Assembly: GCF_009914755.1 (NCBI RefSeq)
Contig: NC_060943.1
Strand: one strand, 5' to 3'
Length of the DNA stretch: 64,000 nt
DNA from: the human T2T-CHM13v2.0 reference genome, Homo sapiens
Shown here piece by piece: positions 47,224-64,000 of this stretch (the first letter of the stretch is position 1; each line of letters starts with the position of its first letter). A program made the translations under genes and the position numbers. Under the pieces are notes generated by a model. The model was not told the origin of the DNA and ran no database searches. It saw only the letters and a list, made by a program, of their open reading frames with translations.

Positions 47224-50200
47224 TCAGGCCAACCCTCCTGGAGGCTCAGGGCTCGGCAGTCCCCAAACGCTAGACACTTGGATTCTTTCTTGGATTTCCC
47301 TGAATTCTGTGGCCAAAGAGAGCGTCTGAAGGGCTGCAGCTGACCAGGTGCCTCCCAGCTCCTGCACCCCTCCCACCCCTGCCGTGGCCTCATCCCCAGG
47401 TGGGGCCTCATGGACTTTGGAGCCTCCTGGGAGACTGGAGGGGGCCTGGGGGGCAAAGGTTCTCCCAGGGGGCCCTGCAGACAGGCGGTTTCTTTACAGC
47501 CTGGGCCTCTGGGCCCAAGGACACCGCCCTGGGCCCCCCGCAGCTGCTGGGACCTGGTGGGAGTGCCCAGGTGGGGCCTGCCTGGGGACTGAGTGGGGAA
47601 ACCATAGCCCCCCTGTGACCTTGGGCACTGCCCACCTGTGACCTTGGGCACTGCTGGGGGAGGGGCCGCATGTGCTGGCCCCGGCCACCCTCTTCTGTCC
47701 TGGCCAACCCTTTCCTTGGATTTTCTGCAAACCTCTGGGGTCTTTTTCTGACCTTCCTCCCACCTCCCAGAGCCGGTGGGCTGGGGAGGGGAGTCCTGAG
47801 CCGGGGCTGAACTCCCTGGTTCTAGGGGTGGTCCGGGCAGCCGGGGAACCCCCTCCCCACTCCCAGGTGGCCCTGGGACTTATCTTGCACCCTGTCCGCC
47901 AGCAGACTCCACTGACCCCCTCGGAGCTGTCGTTTCTCTGGGAGGTGGGGTGGAGAAAATCATCAACGTTTCGCCACAAACAAGAATTTCCTGTTTGCCC
48001 TTCCAGGGCTGGGGGGTGGCGGTTATCTCACTTTTTCCTCCCCTCCCCCACCGGCGCCACCACCCGAGCCCCGCCACCCTCTCTCCTCACAGGTGCCCCC
48101 TCCAGAGGGGCCCGGTCCTCATCAGGTGGGGGCGGCACCTCCCACCCCCCCAGGCCTCCCACACCCCCCCCCGTGCAGAGCCGGGGGAGTGTCAGGGTCG
48201 GGGGCCACAGCGTCTTCCCTCCATCCCCAGAGCCACGGAGTGTGTCTTGCAGATCCGTGTAACGGGGCTCGGGCGTGCAACCTTCTGGGAAGAAAACCAA
48301 AGAGGAATGAAGGGGTCAGAGGCTGAGGGGGGCTGTGGAGGGGGCTCTGTCAGAAGGCGACGTTTGGGCGGGAAGGCAGGAGCCGAGCGGGGACCCGGGA
48401 GCTGCATTCCAGGCAGAAGGAACAGCGCCGCGGAGGCCCTGGGGTGGGGGCCTGTGCGTTTTACATAGAAAGACGCCAAGGCTGGGTCTGGGGGCTCCTG
48501 CCTGTAATCCCAGCGCTGTGGGAGGCTGAGGCAGGAGGATCACTTAAGGCCAGGAGTTTGAGACCAGCCTGAGCAATATAGCAAGACCTTGTCTCTATAG
48601 AAATACAAAAATTAGCCGAGCGTGGTGGTGCCTGCCTGTGGTCTCATTGGCTCAGGAGACCGAGGTGGGAGGTGGAGGCTGCAGTGAGCTAGGGTCTCAC
48701 CACTGCACTCCAGCCTGAGTGACAGAGCGAGACCCTGTCCCTAAATAGGGCAGCTCAAGGCCGGGGCGGAGGGAGCAGGAGAGGGCAGGGAGGGGCCAGG
48801 AGGGTGCTGGGGGGCCCTGGGAGGCTGTGGCCGAGGGAGGGTCATGCTCAGATGTCTGTGAAAAACCCCCCACCCCACCCAACTGCTGAGTGGGGAAGGG
48901 TCTGGCAGGAGGGGCGGCCGGGGGACCTGGAGGTGGCTTGGCTCCACGCGCTCTGTGCCTCGGTTTCCCCTTCTCCGAAGCAGGTGGTGCTGGGAAGGGG
49001 AGACGATGGGCCCAGCCTTGGTAATTAGGGGTCCACACCTTCCATCCCCCACAGCAGGAAGTGGACAGAGGGGAGGGGACCCCCTCAGGGAAAGACCCCC
49101 AGGCCTGCCCTGTGGCCCCGCATTTTCTTGGCATCGCACTGAGAAAGCAAGTTCATTTAACATGCATTTATTAGGCAACTGCTGTGTGCCCGATTTTGGA
49201 TGCTGGCAACAAGATAAGAATTCCGCATGTTCCAGGGCAGACAGACGAGAGACAAATGCGTGAATCCACACAGCTGGGGCCATGCGAGGGCTGGGGGTCC
49301 AAGGGGGGCCGTGAGCCAGAAACCCCGTGAGGCCGGTGGTCGGTAAAGGTGGGTGGGAGCAGAGCGTCTGCGGAGGTGATATCGGTCCCGGGAGGACGGG
49401 GGGCTCCCCTCCAGGGAGGGAATGACCACAGGGGACCCAGACGAAGGGAAGGGGCTGAGAAGGCCTCGCAGACGGGAGGAACAGCCGGGGCGAAGGCGGC
49501 CGCTCGGGGCTGATGGGGGGCGGTGGGGGTCTCAGCGGAGGGGCACCTTCAGAACTTCACACCCGACCCCTCCCGTGATCAGAGCAGGCCCCAGGGAGGT
49601 CAGGCGGCGTGGAGGGGAGTGCGGGCCGCTTATCTCGGCCCTCAGCCCCTGGGGAGGGAGTTTCCGGAGATTTTGCCCAATCTCCAGCCTGGGTTTAGGG
49701 CTCCTGTGGGTGTGTGGTGGGCGGCTGATTTCAGAGCTTTCTGGTTGACGTTTCAGAGGGGCAGGGTTTCGGCCACAGAACCCAGGTGAGAACCAAGGCC
49801 TGGGTTTGCCATGGGGTGTGCTGTGGCCCAGCAGTTCAACCCGGGATCTGGCCCACAAGGGGGGCCTGGACACCGCCATGGGCAGCCTGGACACCGTCCC
49901 CTGCTTTCCCATCCCTGGGGCCTCGGCCAGCTGGCCAGGGCGGGGCGCCCCCCACAGGGGAGCGGAACCGGGGGCCAGAGACCCATAAAGCCCAGGCGGC
50001 CTTTACTGCTGGCTTTGTTGCTGGCTGCCCACAGCAACGGCCATTAGAGCCGCCTCCCCCGCCAGCAGCTGGGGCCCCCGCAGGTCCTCCCTTTACTGCC
50101 ACGCATCAGTGCCCCGGCCCCACAGGGGTCTGACCGTGCCTCGCCACCGGCCCAGTTCGCCCACCATTTGGCCTGGGAGTTAATGGCTCCCCTCTCCAAC

Positions 50201-50499
50201 CCCAACCTTGGCTGGCTGTACATGGGGCAGCTGATTGCTACCTGGCGCCTCGGTTTCCCCATCCAGGATGTGAGGGTAGCTGGGGCGCCAGGTGCTTGGG
50301 GTAAAGCTGCTGTGTTTTCTCACACACTCTATTTGAGAGATGGGGAAACTGAGGCAGGAGGTGCGGTGAGGTTTCTTGTAGGGGCTGTGCCAGGGAAGGG
50401 GGGGTCCAGGCAGGGTAGACCCCGTAATACCGGGTCAGAATCTCAGAGGAGAGGACCTTCCGCTCGCCCTGGAAGGGCCCAAGGTGTGCTGGCCTCTAC

Positions 50500-50862
50500 G
50501 TGCGGTTCTTAGCCGGGGGGCTGCGTAACGAAGGACCTCAAACCGCGGGCGTAAAACAAACGAAACCTGTTCTCCCTCCGTCCTGGAGCCCAGAGTCCAA
50601 AATCGAGGCGTCCGCAGGGCTGCGCTCCCTCCAGGGGCTGCAGGAGGAGCCTTCCGCCTCTCCCAGCTCCTGGGGGCTCCAGGAGTCCCTTGACATGTGG
50701 CCGGCCTCTGTCTCTGTGCGACCGTCTCCAGTGCCCACCGGCCTTCACTGTGACTTTTTCTCAATTTGATCACGTCTGCAAAGGCCCTTTTTCCAAATAA
50801 CGTCTCGTTCTGAGGTTCTGGGCCGATGTGAATTTGGGTGGGGGATGGCGTTCACCCCAGGA
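50500..50862 (-). mobile_element. MLT1C-like LTR, opposite orientation
   Basis: GGGCTGC.TAAC...GTCCAAAATCGAGGCGTC.GCAGGGC...CACGTCTGCAAAG.CCCTTTTTCCAAATAA...TTCTGAGGTTCTGGG. Confidence 0.78.
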
Positions 50863-52094
50863 CAGCCCCAGCGGTGAAGTCCTCCCCATTCCAGTACCTG
50901 CTGCCTCAGGCGTTTCCCTGGCAAGCTCGTCCTGTCCCCCTCTCCGCCCTGTCCCCCTCTCCGCCCTGCCCGGCTCACTTTTGCAGCTGAGAAAATCAAG
51001 GTTCAAGTAACGAGCATTTATTAGGCAACTGCTGTGTGCTCGGCTGATTCCAGACTCTGGGAACAAAACAGACTAAACCCCAGATACACTCCTAGATCCG
51101 TGACTCGGTGATGGACGGGGTCTCGGAGGAAGAACGTGGAGGGGAGGGGGCGGCAGCCGGGCCGGGGTCAGAGGACGAGGCCGGGCGTGTGGCCATGTGT
51201 GCGTGCCTGTGCTCATGGGACCCACCGGCCCGGCCAGCCGGGTCTACCTGAGGGCCCCACACCCCTCAGGCAGCTGAAGGGGAAAGGGCCTCCCCGGCCA
51301 CCATAAATCAGCGCAGGAATGCAGGCTGGCCAGTCTGGCGCTGGCCGGGGTGGGGCGGAGACAAAGACCAGGCAGCTGGACCTCGGGCAGCCTCGACCAC
51401 CCAGGGCAGAGGTCAGGACTCCTGGCTGCCCCCCCAGCCCCTTCCCGGAAGGCCTCACTGGGCCTCCAATACACAGACGGGGAAACTGAGGCCCAGAGAG
51501 GGGCAGGACGGCTGCAGGGTGATGGGGCCTTTGGCCGGCCTCCCCAGCACCTGGGATGTCCCCGCAGCAGCAGGGGCTGGGCGTGGGTCTCCTTCTGGGC
51601 CCTAATGACCGATCATCCCAGCTGAGGCCTAATTGGTGGTTTCAAGGCTCCCCACTGCCCAGCCAGCCACATTCCCCCGAGCTTAATTGGCAGCCTGGTA
51701 TTTGTCGCAGCTCCTCCTCGGCAAATTGGCCCCCGCCTGAACTCCGCTTTCTAATTATCCCTGCCGGCTTTCCCCCACCCTGCCCGCCCGAACCTGTGGG
51801 TGGGGGGGGCGCTGGGGGACCTCCTGGCTCCTTGTACCCCAGACGGAGCCTCTTTCCCCTCTGGAAGACGTTCCGGGGCCTGGTGATCTTCTTCCTCCCC
51901 AGCCACCACCCTGGCAGGCAGAGGCGGTCGGTGGCTCATTTCATAGCTGGAGGCTGAGACTCCAGGCTCCAGGTGCGGGGAAGCCAGCAGGAGACAGGAG
52001 GACCGGGATGGGAAGCAGGGCGGGGCTCTGGGCCAAGTCCCCAGCAGCCCCCAGGCTCTGGTCCCGCACTCACCGCTGTGTCTCAGTTTCCTCA

Positions 52095-52795
<701 letters not shown>

Positions 52796-52910
52796 CTAAA
52801 AAAAATAATAATAAAAATTAAAATTAAAAAAAAAAAATAGGCTGGGCGCAGTGGCTCATGCCCATAATCCCAGCACTTTAGGAGACTGAGGCAGTCGGAT
52901 CACGAGGTCA

Positions 52911-53198
<288 letters not shown>

Positions 53199-53228
53199 TC
53201 ATTTGGAAACGGGGGAACTTACTGACAT

Positions 53229-53827
<599 letters not shown>

Positions 53828-53829
53828 GC

Positions 53830-54500
<671 letters not shown>

Positions 54501-54778
54501 CCCTGGACCGGGAGAGGACACTGTCTTGTCCCAGGCCACCTGGTTTCTGGTGCCTCCTTGCAGACCCTCTGGGAAGCTCGTTCACCGGCATTTCTGTCTT
54601 GCAGCCTTGTGGTTCTTCACCTGCCCAGCGGGGTCTTCGGCTCTGGCAGCGGCTTGAGGGTCCTAGGGGTGGTGACCCCTGCTCCTGTCCTCCTGACCTG
54701 GCCTCCAGTGCAGGAGGGACATGGTTCCCACACCTGAGCTCTGGCACCAACTAACCCATCCCCTCTCCACCCTCACAG

Positions 54779-54851
54779 CTCTACGAACTCGACGGGGACC
54801 CCAAGAGGAAGGAATTCCTGGATGACTTGTTCAGCTTCATGCAGAAGCGAG
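54779..54851 (+). CDS. ARID3A: ARID3A exon 4, 73 nt, start of ARID
   Basis: Branch AACTAAC about 54749-54755, CACAG|; LYELDGDPKRKEFLDDLFSFMQKR; G|GTGAGC. Too short for the ORF track. Confidence 0.97.
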
Positions 54852-56205
54852 GTGAGCCCTCTGCCCCCACCCCCCTGGAGGGAGGTCACAGAAACAGGGC
54901 TGTAGGAGGGGCCCTACTGGCTCCAGGTATGTCGGGGCGGTGGTGAGCACCCTGTGGCTGGAGGCATCCAAGGCTCCTAAATCGGGAGGGACTTCAGGGG
55001 TGTCTTGGGGGGAAACACATCCTGCCATGGAGGTTTGACGCGGGAGGCATGCCTGTGAGTCTAAGGGGTAGGTCCCTTGGTGGGGGGCAGGGCAGTCTCA
55101 GGGCCCCAACCCAGAACAGACAGTCCAGGTCGTCTCCTTAGCATCCAGGGTGCAGTGAAGTGGGGGTCCCCACTACTGGGTAATGGGGGAGTGGAACCAG
55201 CCTCTGTGTTTAGGGAGTGGGGTCAGATTCGGGCTGGCCAGGTGGGTGCAGGTGCGGCAGGACAGAAGCCCCCCGCCCGGCCGCGAGATGGCTTAGAGTC
55301 TAATGATCTCATGGCGGCCAATGCGACATTTGAGTCCTGGCCCCTCCCCTCTTCCCACCAGGGCCTCAGTTTCCCCATCTGTAAAAACGGGCCACAAACA
55401 GTCCCTGCCCAAAACTCAGTGGCCAGCAGGTACCCCAGATGTGCTGAGTGCAGGGCCGCTGTTTACTGTGCACACTTATTGGGCACCAACGGTATACCAG
55501 GCTCTGTGCCCCCAAAGTCTCCTGGCCTAGAGAGGGCAGGTCTGGGCTGGTGTCCAGGTGGGGAAACTGAGGTCCAGACACAAGACAGACTCAGACGACC
55601 AAGGGTAGCCGGGGTGTCCCAGCGGCCATTCCCAGGCCCCACCCCAGCTTAGAGTGACCACGGGGCAGAGAGAGTGCGGCAAGGGCTTCCGTCTCGCCTC
55701 CAAGTCCTCGTCGGCCGGAGAGGGTCCTAGGAGCGTCTGCCGCCAGGTAGGAGCCGCCCCAACCCCCCTGGACACTCCTCTAGGGCAGGGAGCTAGCTCC
55801 GATCCCCACTGTTCAGACGGGGGAGGAGGCCTTGGGGCCCACAGAGGTCGGAAGGGGTGGGGCAGAGGGCTCTGTCCCTGCACTTGGGGCCGTCACAGGG
55901 GCCCGCTGTGTCCCAGCCTCCGCCCACCCCTCCCCTGGCTTCTATAAACACAGGCCCCAGACCCGCCACTGCCAGCCGCCCGGAAGGGAAGGAGGAGGAG
56001 GGTTGTGGGCCCCCCGGCCCACACTGCCCAGCGGCCTCCGAGTTAACCCCTCCCGTGCTGGGAACAGAGGATCCAGACCCGGGACCTGGGCGGGGGCCCC
56101 TCCTGTGTTATCCTCCAAGGCCAGGCTTGACCAGGGCCCACTGCCCCCTGTGAGGCTGGACAGATCCTCCCCATGACCCTTTATCATCCTGTTCGCACCT
56201 GCTCA

Positions 56206-56871
<666 letters not shown>

Positions 56872-57224
56872 CTAGACTTCACAATCTTCCTCTCCTTCAC
56901 TCCAGACAGAGAGAAATAATTTTTTTTTTCCCCTGTGTCACAAAGTAAAAAACTCTAACTAAATTTCTCAGAATTCTCTGGGGGCTAGAAGTGAGGGAGG
57001 GGTCCTGACCACACCCTCTCCCCTCAGCAGCAGCAGCTGGACCACCTGACCTGCTGTTCCCTGACAACCTCCCCACCCTTCCTTATCTGGGCCCCACGAC
57101 GGGCCCTGGTGATGCTCCCAGCTCCTTCTGTAAACATCCTCCTCCCGCCCACTGCAGAGCCAGGGCGTGGCCCTGGGAACCAACCCTCTGCTGCTGATCC
57201 TTTTTTTTTTTTTTTTTTTTTTGA

Positions 57225-57329
<105 letters not shown>

Positions 57330-58755
57330 TGAGTAGCTGGGATTACAGGTGCCCGCCACCACGCCCGGCTAATTTTTGTATTTTTAGTAGAGACAGGGTT
57401 TCTCCCTATTGGCCAGGCTGGTCTCGAACTCCTGACCTTGGGTGATCCGCCCGCCTCAGCCTCCCAAAGTGCTGGAATGACAGGCTTGAGCCACCGCGCC
57501 CGGCCTGATGCCGTTACTTTTACTTTGCAAACTCTGAGGCCTAAACTGGTGTCCCGAGTGGGGCCAGGCGGAGGCTCTGGGCAGGTTTCCGGGCCGATCC
57601 TGCAGCTGAAACCCGGCGCGGCTCCTCTCGCCCAGGCTGTAAAGTGGGTTTCAGGTGGGATCGGGTCTGAGGCCCGTCTTCCTCCAACCTGGGATCTCCT
57701 CCATTCACTGGGGGTTTTGCAACCTGGGAAGGGCCTGGAAGTGGCGGAGGGTGGTGGGAGGTGTTTCTGGAAGGTCAGACACCGGGGGTTCCGGGGGTAG
57801 CAGGCCTCGACCAGGCAGAGGGCCGGCTGCTCACTCAGGGCTGCACCCGCTCTCCAGCCAGTCACATCCCAGAACCTCGATGTCCACGTCCCCATCCCTA
57901 ACAGGGCGATGGGCGTCCCCTCCCACCCCATGGTGAGTGGGCAGCAGCTATGGCCTGGGCCACCTGCCCTCACTGGTCTTCACTGAGCGCCTACTGTATG
58001 CCACTGAGTGCTGGGACCCCACGTGGGCAGAACATGGGGTGGGGGCCACAGACTGTACACAATTGATCTCCTAAGTGCAGAATTTCACGGACAGAACGAT
58101 AGGTTTAAGTGGGTCTTGCCTACTGTCAGGCCAGGGAGGGGCTGGGCAGAGGTGGAGCTGACATCTGAAGCCAGAGGCTCCTGGTGCAGGGGCAGCCTGG
58201 GAGAGCCCTGGAGGGGGCAGGTAGGGCTGGAAGGGCGGGGAGGGGCCACGTCTGCAGCCGGCTCCAGGAGTTGAGGGGCAGGAACCTGAGTCAGCCCAGC
58301 CGCCTCTTCTTCCTGGGCCAGCCCACCTACCGCCCTTCCCCTGCCTAGGCTAATCCTCCCCCTTTCCCTCCCTGGCATAGCGTAGACCACAACCCTCTCC
58401 TCCTGGGCTAGCCCAACCCCCCATGTCGGGGCTAGCCCATCCCCTTCCCCTCCCTAGGCCAGTCCACAGCCCTCCATTCTCCAGACTTGAAATTGGGTAA
58501 GCCAGGCTTTAGCCCTTGCCTGCCTGAGGCTGCAGAGCCCCTGTCAGTGTGGAGGGAACAGGCCTCTGGGAACATAGGCAGAGTTGTTTTGGCAGCTGCC
58601 GTGGTGTGTGGCGTGGAGAAGGAATAACAAAGATCCGGGCGTCTCCCGCACGTCCCTCCTCTCAGTAACCCTCCTCCCGAGGGCTGCGCTGTCCCTAAGC
58701 CCAGGTTACTGGTGGATAAACCGAGGCAGAGCTGCCCCCTCGGCACCCTCTCGAG

Positions 58756-58912
58756 CAGAGGTTCCCAGCCTGGATGATCCTGTACCCACAGAGGGCCCTG
58801 GGCAATGTCTGGAGACATCTGTGGTTGTCACAGCCTGGGCGGGGGAGTGCTCCTGGCATGGAGAGGGCGGAGGCCAGGACACTCGGCTCCCTGCAGTGCC
58901 CAGGTGGCCCCC
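58756..58912 (+). mobile_element. MER20 (hAT-Charlie), 3'-truncated, abutting the exon 5 acceptor
   Basis: TGGGCAATGTCTGGAGACATCTGTGGTTGTCACA.CCTGGG..GTGCT.CTGGCAT..GAGGCCAGG matches the recalled MER20 consensus. Confidence 0.85.
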
Positions 58913-58938
58913 AACCTCCCTCTCGCCCCTTCCCCCAG

Positions 58939-59122
58939 GGACACCTGTGAACCGCATCCCCATCATGGCCAAACAGGTCCTTGACCTGTTCATGCTGTAC
59001 GTGCTGGTGACGGAGAAGGGCGGCCTCGTGGAGGTCATCAACAAGAAGCTGTGGCGTGAGATCACCAAGGGCCTCAACCTGCCCACGTCCATCACCAGTG
59101 CAGCCTTCACCCTGCGGACCCA
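58939..59122 (+). CDS. ARID3A: ARID3A exon 5, 184 nt, ARID core
   Basis: GTPVNRIPIMAKQVLDLFMLYVLVTEKGGLVEVINKKLWREITKGLNLPTSITSAAFTLRT; CA|GTAAGT. Confidence 0.98.
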
Positions 59123-59523
59123 GTAAGTGGCGGACGGTTGTGCCGAGGTCGGGCCAGGGCACTCTGAGCAGCCAGTGCAAGGGGCCTGCAGAAGAGGGAG
59201 GGGGTGGTGGGCAGCTGCAGAGGAGGGGGCAGTGGGCAGCCGCAAAGGGCACAGGGCCACACCGTGCGTCCAGGGCCCGAGAGCGTCAAGTAGGGGTGCG
59301 AGGACCACACAGTCTCTGGGGTTGTGCAATCAGGGGCCATTGCGAGGAACAGCATTGAGATGGAGGGAATGGGCAAAGGCCCAGCAGCTCTGGGGGCTGC
59401 TGAGCAAGTCCAAGGGAAGAACCAGGGATGGTGGTGCCACAGTGGGGTTTACTTTGTACTGAAGGCCAAAGAGAGCCGTAGGGGTGACCCGGGTGCCATC
59501 CTCTTCCCTCGTCCCACCCACAG

Positions 59524-59771
59524 ATACATGAAGTACCTGTACCCCTACGAGTGTGAGAAGCGGGGCCTCAGTAACCCCAATGAGCTCCAGGCAGCCATAG
59601 ACAGCAACCGACGGGAGGGCCGGCGCCAGAGCTTTGGTGGCTCCCTCTTTGCCTACTCGCCAGGCGGGGCACACGGCATGCTCTCCTCACCCAAGCTACC
59701 CGTGTCCTCCCTGGGCCTGGCCGCAAGCACCAACGGCAGCTCCATCACCCCCGCCCCTAAGATCAAGAAAG
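59524..59771 (+). CDS. ARID3A: ARID3A exon 6, 248 nt, end of extended ARID
   Basis: YMKYLYPYECEKRGLSNPNELQAAIDSNRREGRR...PAPKIKK; G|GTAAGG. Confidence 0.98.
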
Positions 59772-60189
59772 GTAAGGGCCTGTATGGGGCCTGGGGCGTG
59801 TTCCCAACTGAGCTTCAGCCTGGCTGTCTGACCTTGGGGGATACCTCTTCCCCTCTCTGGGTAACCAGGATGAAAAACCCTATAGTTGGCATGGAAAAGG
59901 GCTTCCAATCTACCAGTCCTCTGCCTATGGCAGACATTACCAATCCATCACCATTTTCTAATTCCACACAGGTGGCAGGCAGACATTGCTAATCAATCTG
60001 TGTTTCCAGTCCTGTGGCCAAGGCAGACATTACTAATTGATCACTGTTTTTCCAGTCTACACTGAGGCAGGCATCATCAGTTGATCAGTTTTCCCTCCCA
60101 CTGAGCCTCTGAATCCTCCATAACACAGAGGTACCAACAGCACACACAGCAGTGTCACCTCAGTTTGCCTGTCTGAGTTACCATTTCTC

Positions 60190-63070
<2,881 letters not shown>

Positions 63071-63095
63071 AACTAATTTGTTCTTCTTCCCACAG

Positions 63096-63194
63096 CCTCC
63101 GAAAGCCGCCAGGACTCTGCTGTGAACCTGACGGGCACCAACGGCAGCAACAGCATCAGCATGTCGGTGGAGATCAACGGCATCATGTACACAG
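63096..63194 (+). CDS. ARID3A: ARID3A exon 8, 99 nt, REKLES-beta; final exon is outside the window
   Basis: CCCACAG|; ASESRQDSAVNLTGTNGSNSISMSVEINGIMYT; G|GTAGGA. Confidence 0.96.
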
Positions 63195-63804
63195 GTAGGA
63201 CCCCTGAGGCCACGCCCTGCCTGGACCTCGCCTCTCCCGCCGCCGTGAACTCAGGACCCTGAGTTGCGCCTGGTCCCACCTGCTTGAACCTAGGTGTGCG
63301 GGCGAGCAGGGCACGGCCAGGGGCTTTGCAGGACAAACAGTCAAGACTGATGGAGAGGATACCATCGTTCACCCGGTACCACGCTCAGCCCAGAGGGGGT
63401 CGTCCACAGATACATATTCAGTGTGACGTTGGATGGTTCACATTCCTAGTTTTTTGTTTTAATGAGACGGAGTCTTGCACAGACATGCACCAGCACACCT
63501 GGTTAATTTTTAAATTTTTTGTTGCTCTTTAAATTTTAAATTGCTTTGTTGCTCAGACCGGTCTTGAACTCTGGGCTCACGCAATCTTCCTGCCTCGGCG
63601 TCCCAAAGTGCTGGGATTACAGGCGTGAGCCACCGCACCCAGCCAATCCCAGCATTTTCGGAGGCTGAGGAGCAAAGAATGTATAAGCCCAGGGGTTAGA
63701 GACTTTCAGGCTGCAGCAAGCTGTGATGACGCCACTGCACTCCAGCCTGGGCCACAGACCGAGACCCTGTCTCTTGAAAAAAAATTTAATGAATGTATTT
63801 TTTA

Positions 63805-63931
63805 TTTTTTTTAATTTGTAATTTGTAATTTTTGTGGGTACATAGTAGGTATATATATTTATGGGTTTTATGAGATGTTTTATACTGGCATCCAATGCCT
63901 AATAATCACATCAGGGTAAATGAGGTATCCA
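63805..63931 (-). mobile_element. Antisense L1MA-type 3' end fragment
   Basis: TTTTTGTGGGTACATAGTAGGT.TATATATTTATGGG...TAATAATCACATCAGGGTAAATG..GTATCCA. Confidence 0.8.
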
Positions 63932-64000
63932 AAAAATTGAATCTAGGCTGGGTGCAGTGGCTCATGGCTATAGTTCCAGCACTTCGGGAGGTTAACACGG

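Overview
Human (or very close hominid) genomic DNA from the GC-rich, Alu-dense 19p13.3 region. It contains the first coding exon and CpG-island promoter of R3HDM4 (minus strand), the complete five-exon KISS1R/GPR54 gene (plus, 398 aa), and ARID3A/Bright/DRIL1 exons 1-8 (plus; the last exon lies beyond the window). All coding exon boundaries were checked for GT-AG and frame continuity. The rest is dozens of Alus, L1/L2/MIR fragments, MLT1 LTRs, MER20, MER30, Tigger3a and at least six minisatellites. I found no new gene or stand-alone system. The best unexplained signals are regulatory: (i) an in-frame GCCACC-CUG start in the ARID3A 5'UTR that would add a 47-aa Pro/poly-Gly extension through a (GGT)9 repeat, downstream of three uORFs; (ii) a 183-nt stop-free in-frame KISS1R intron 4 that would insert 61 aa into intracellular loop 3; (iii) a 58-nt G-free AATTAA-rich island in ARID3A intron 3 resembling a Bright binding site; (iv) an Alu target-site duplication that copies the exon 8 branch point; and (v) a divergent CTCF-like pair between KISS1R and ARID3A. 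Repeat family names come from recalled consensus sequences, not from a search.
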